24,644 nt of DNA. It comes from a virus (Duplodnaviria > Caudoviricetes). Location: IMG/VR virus record IMGVR_UViG_3300005326_000292, positions 1-24,644 of that record. One strand, 5' to 3'. The notes beneath the pieces are model-generated. The model made no database searches, had not been told where the DNA came from, and saw only the letters and a list, made by a program, of their open reading frames with translations. Position 1 is the first letter of the stretch. Each line of letters begins with the position of its first letter. The position numbers and the translations under genes are program-made. Below, in pieces: positions 24,600 to 24,644 of the stretch.

Positions 24600-24644
24600 C
24601 ATAGGTAGGGGCATCGAAATCCTTCAGACAAAAAGCCTAGAGAC
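24600..24644 (+). other. Candidate cos-proximal packaging sequence
   Basis: ggtaggggcatcgaaatcc...agac resembles the G-rich/AAATC/GACC sequence I recall between HNH and terS in cos phages; truncated by the window end. Confidence 0.4.

Larger units (their letters stand above)
1..24644 (+). mobile_element. Tailed phage/prophage segment (recombination, replication, accessory genes, late regulator, start of packaging module), probably infecting a Firmicute
   Basis: Gene order exonuclease-Sak4-SSB-YopX-replisome organizer-loader-MTase-DUF1064-RinA/ArpU-like domain-HNH is typical of temperate siphoviruses; co-oriented genes with ATGA/TAATG overlaps and strong G-rich RBSs. Confidence 0.93.

Overview
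This window is a segment of a tailed phage or prophage, most likely infecting a Firmicute (Clostridia-like Shine-Dalgarno sites and gene families). Almost all genes lie on the + strand and are tightly coupled. Positions 1-10.8 kb are a typical early/middle region: PD-(D/E)XK exonuclease, Sak4-like ATPase, SSB-like protein, two YopX genes, replisome organizer with a G39P-like loader, a C5 DNA methyltransferase spread over three reading frames, DUF1064 and many small Cys-rich ORFs. Positions 10.8-23.7 kb are the unusual part: a nearly complete nonulosonic-acid (pseudaminic/legionaminic-type) synthesis and protein-glycosylation system. It comprises a Maf glycosyltransferase, two Gfo/Idh/MocA oxidoreductases, an SDR, a DegT aminotransferase, two GNATs, an amidase, a PseA/WbuX amidotransferase, a CMP-transferase, a minimal NeuB synthase and a PseB dehydratase. 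These genes are interleaved with and fused to phage genes. The CMP-transferase is fused in frame to a RinA/ArpU-like phage activator domain, and an unannotated Arc-like repressor with divergent promoters sits inside the cluster. The window ends with a packaging-type HNH endonuclease, a frameshifted Prp protease and a cos-like sequence. All family calls come from reading motifs by eye; no database search was run.
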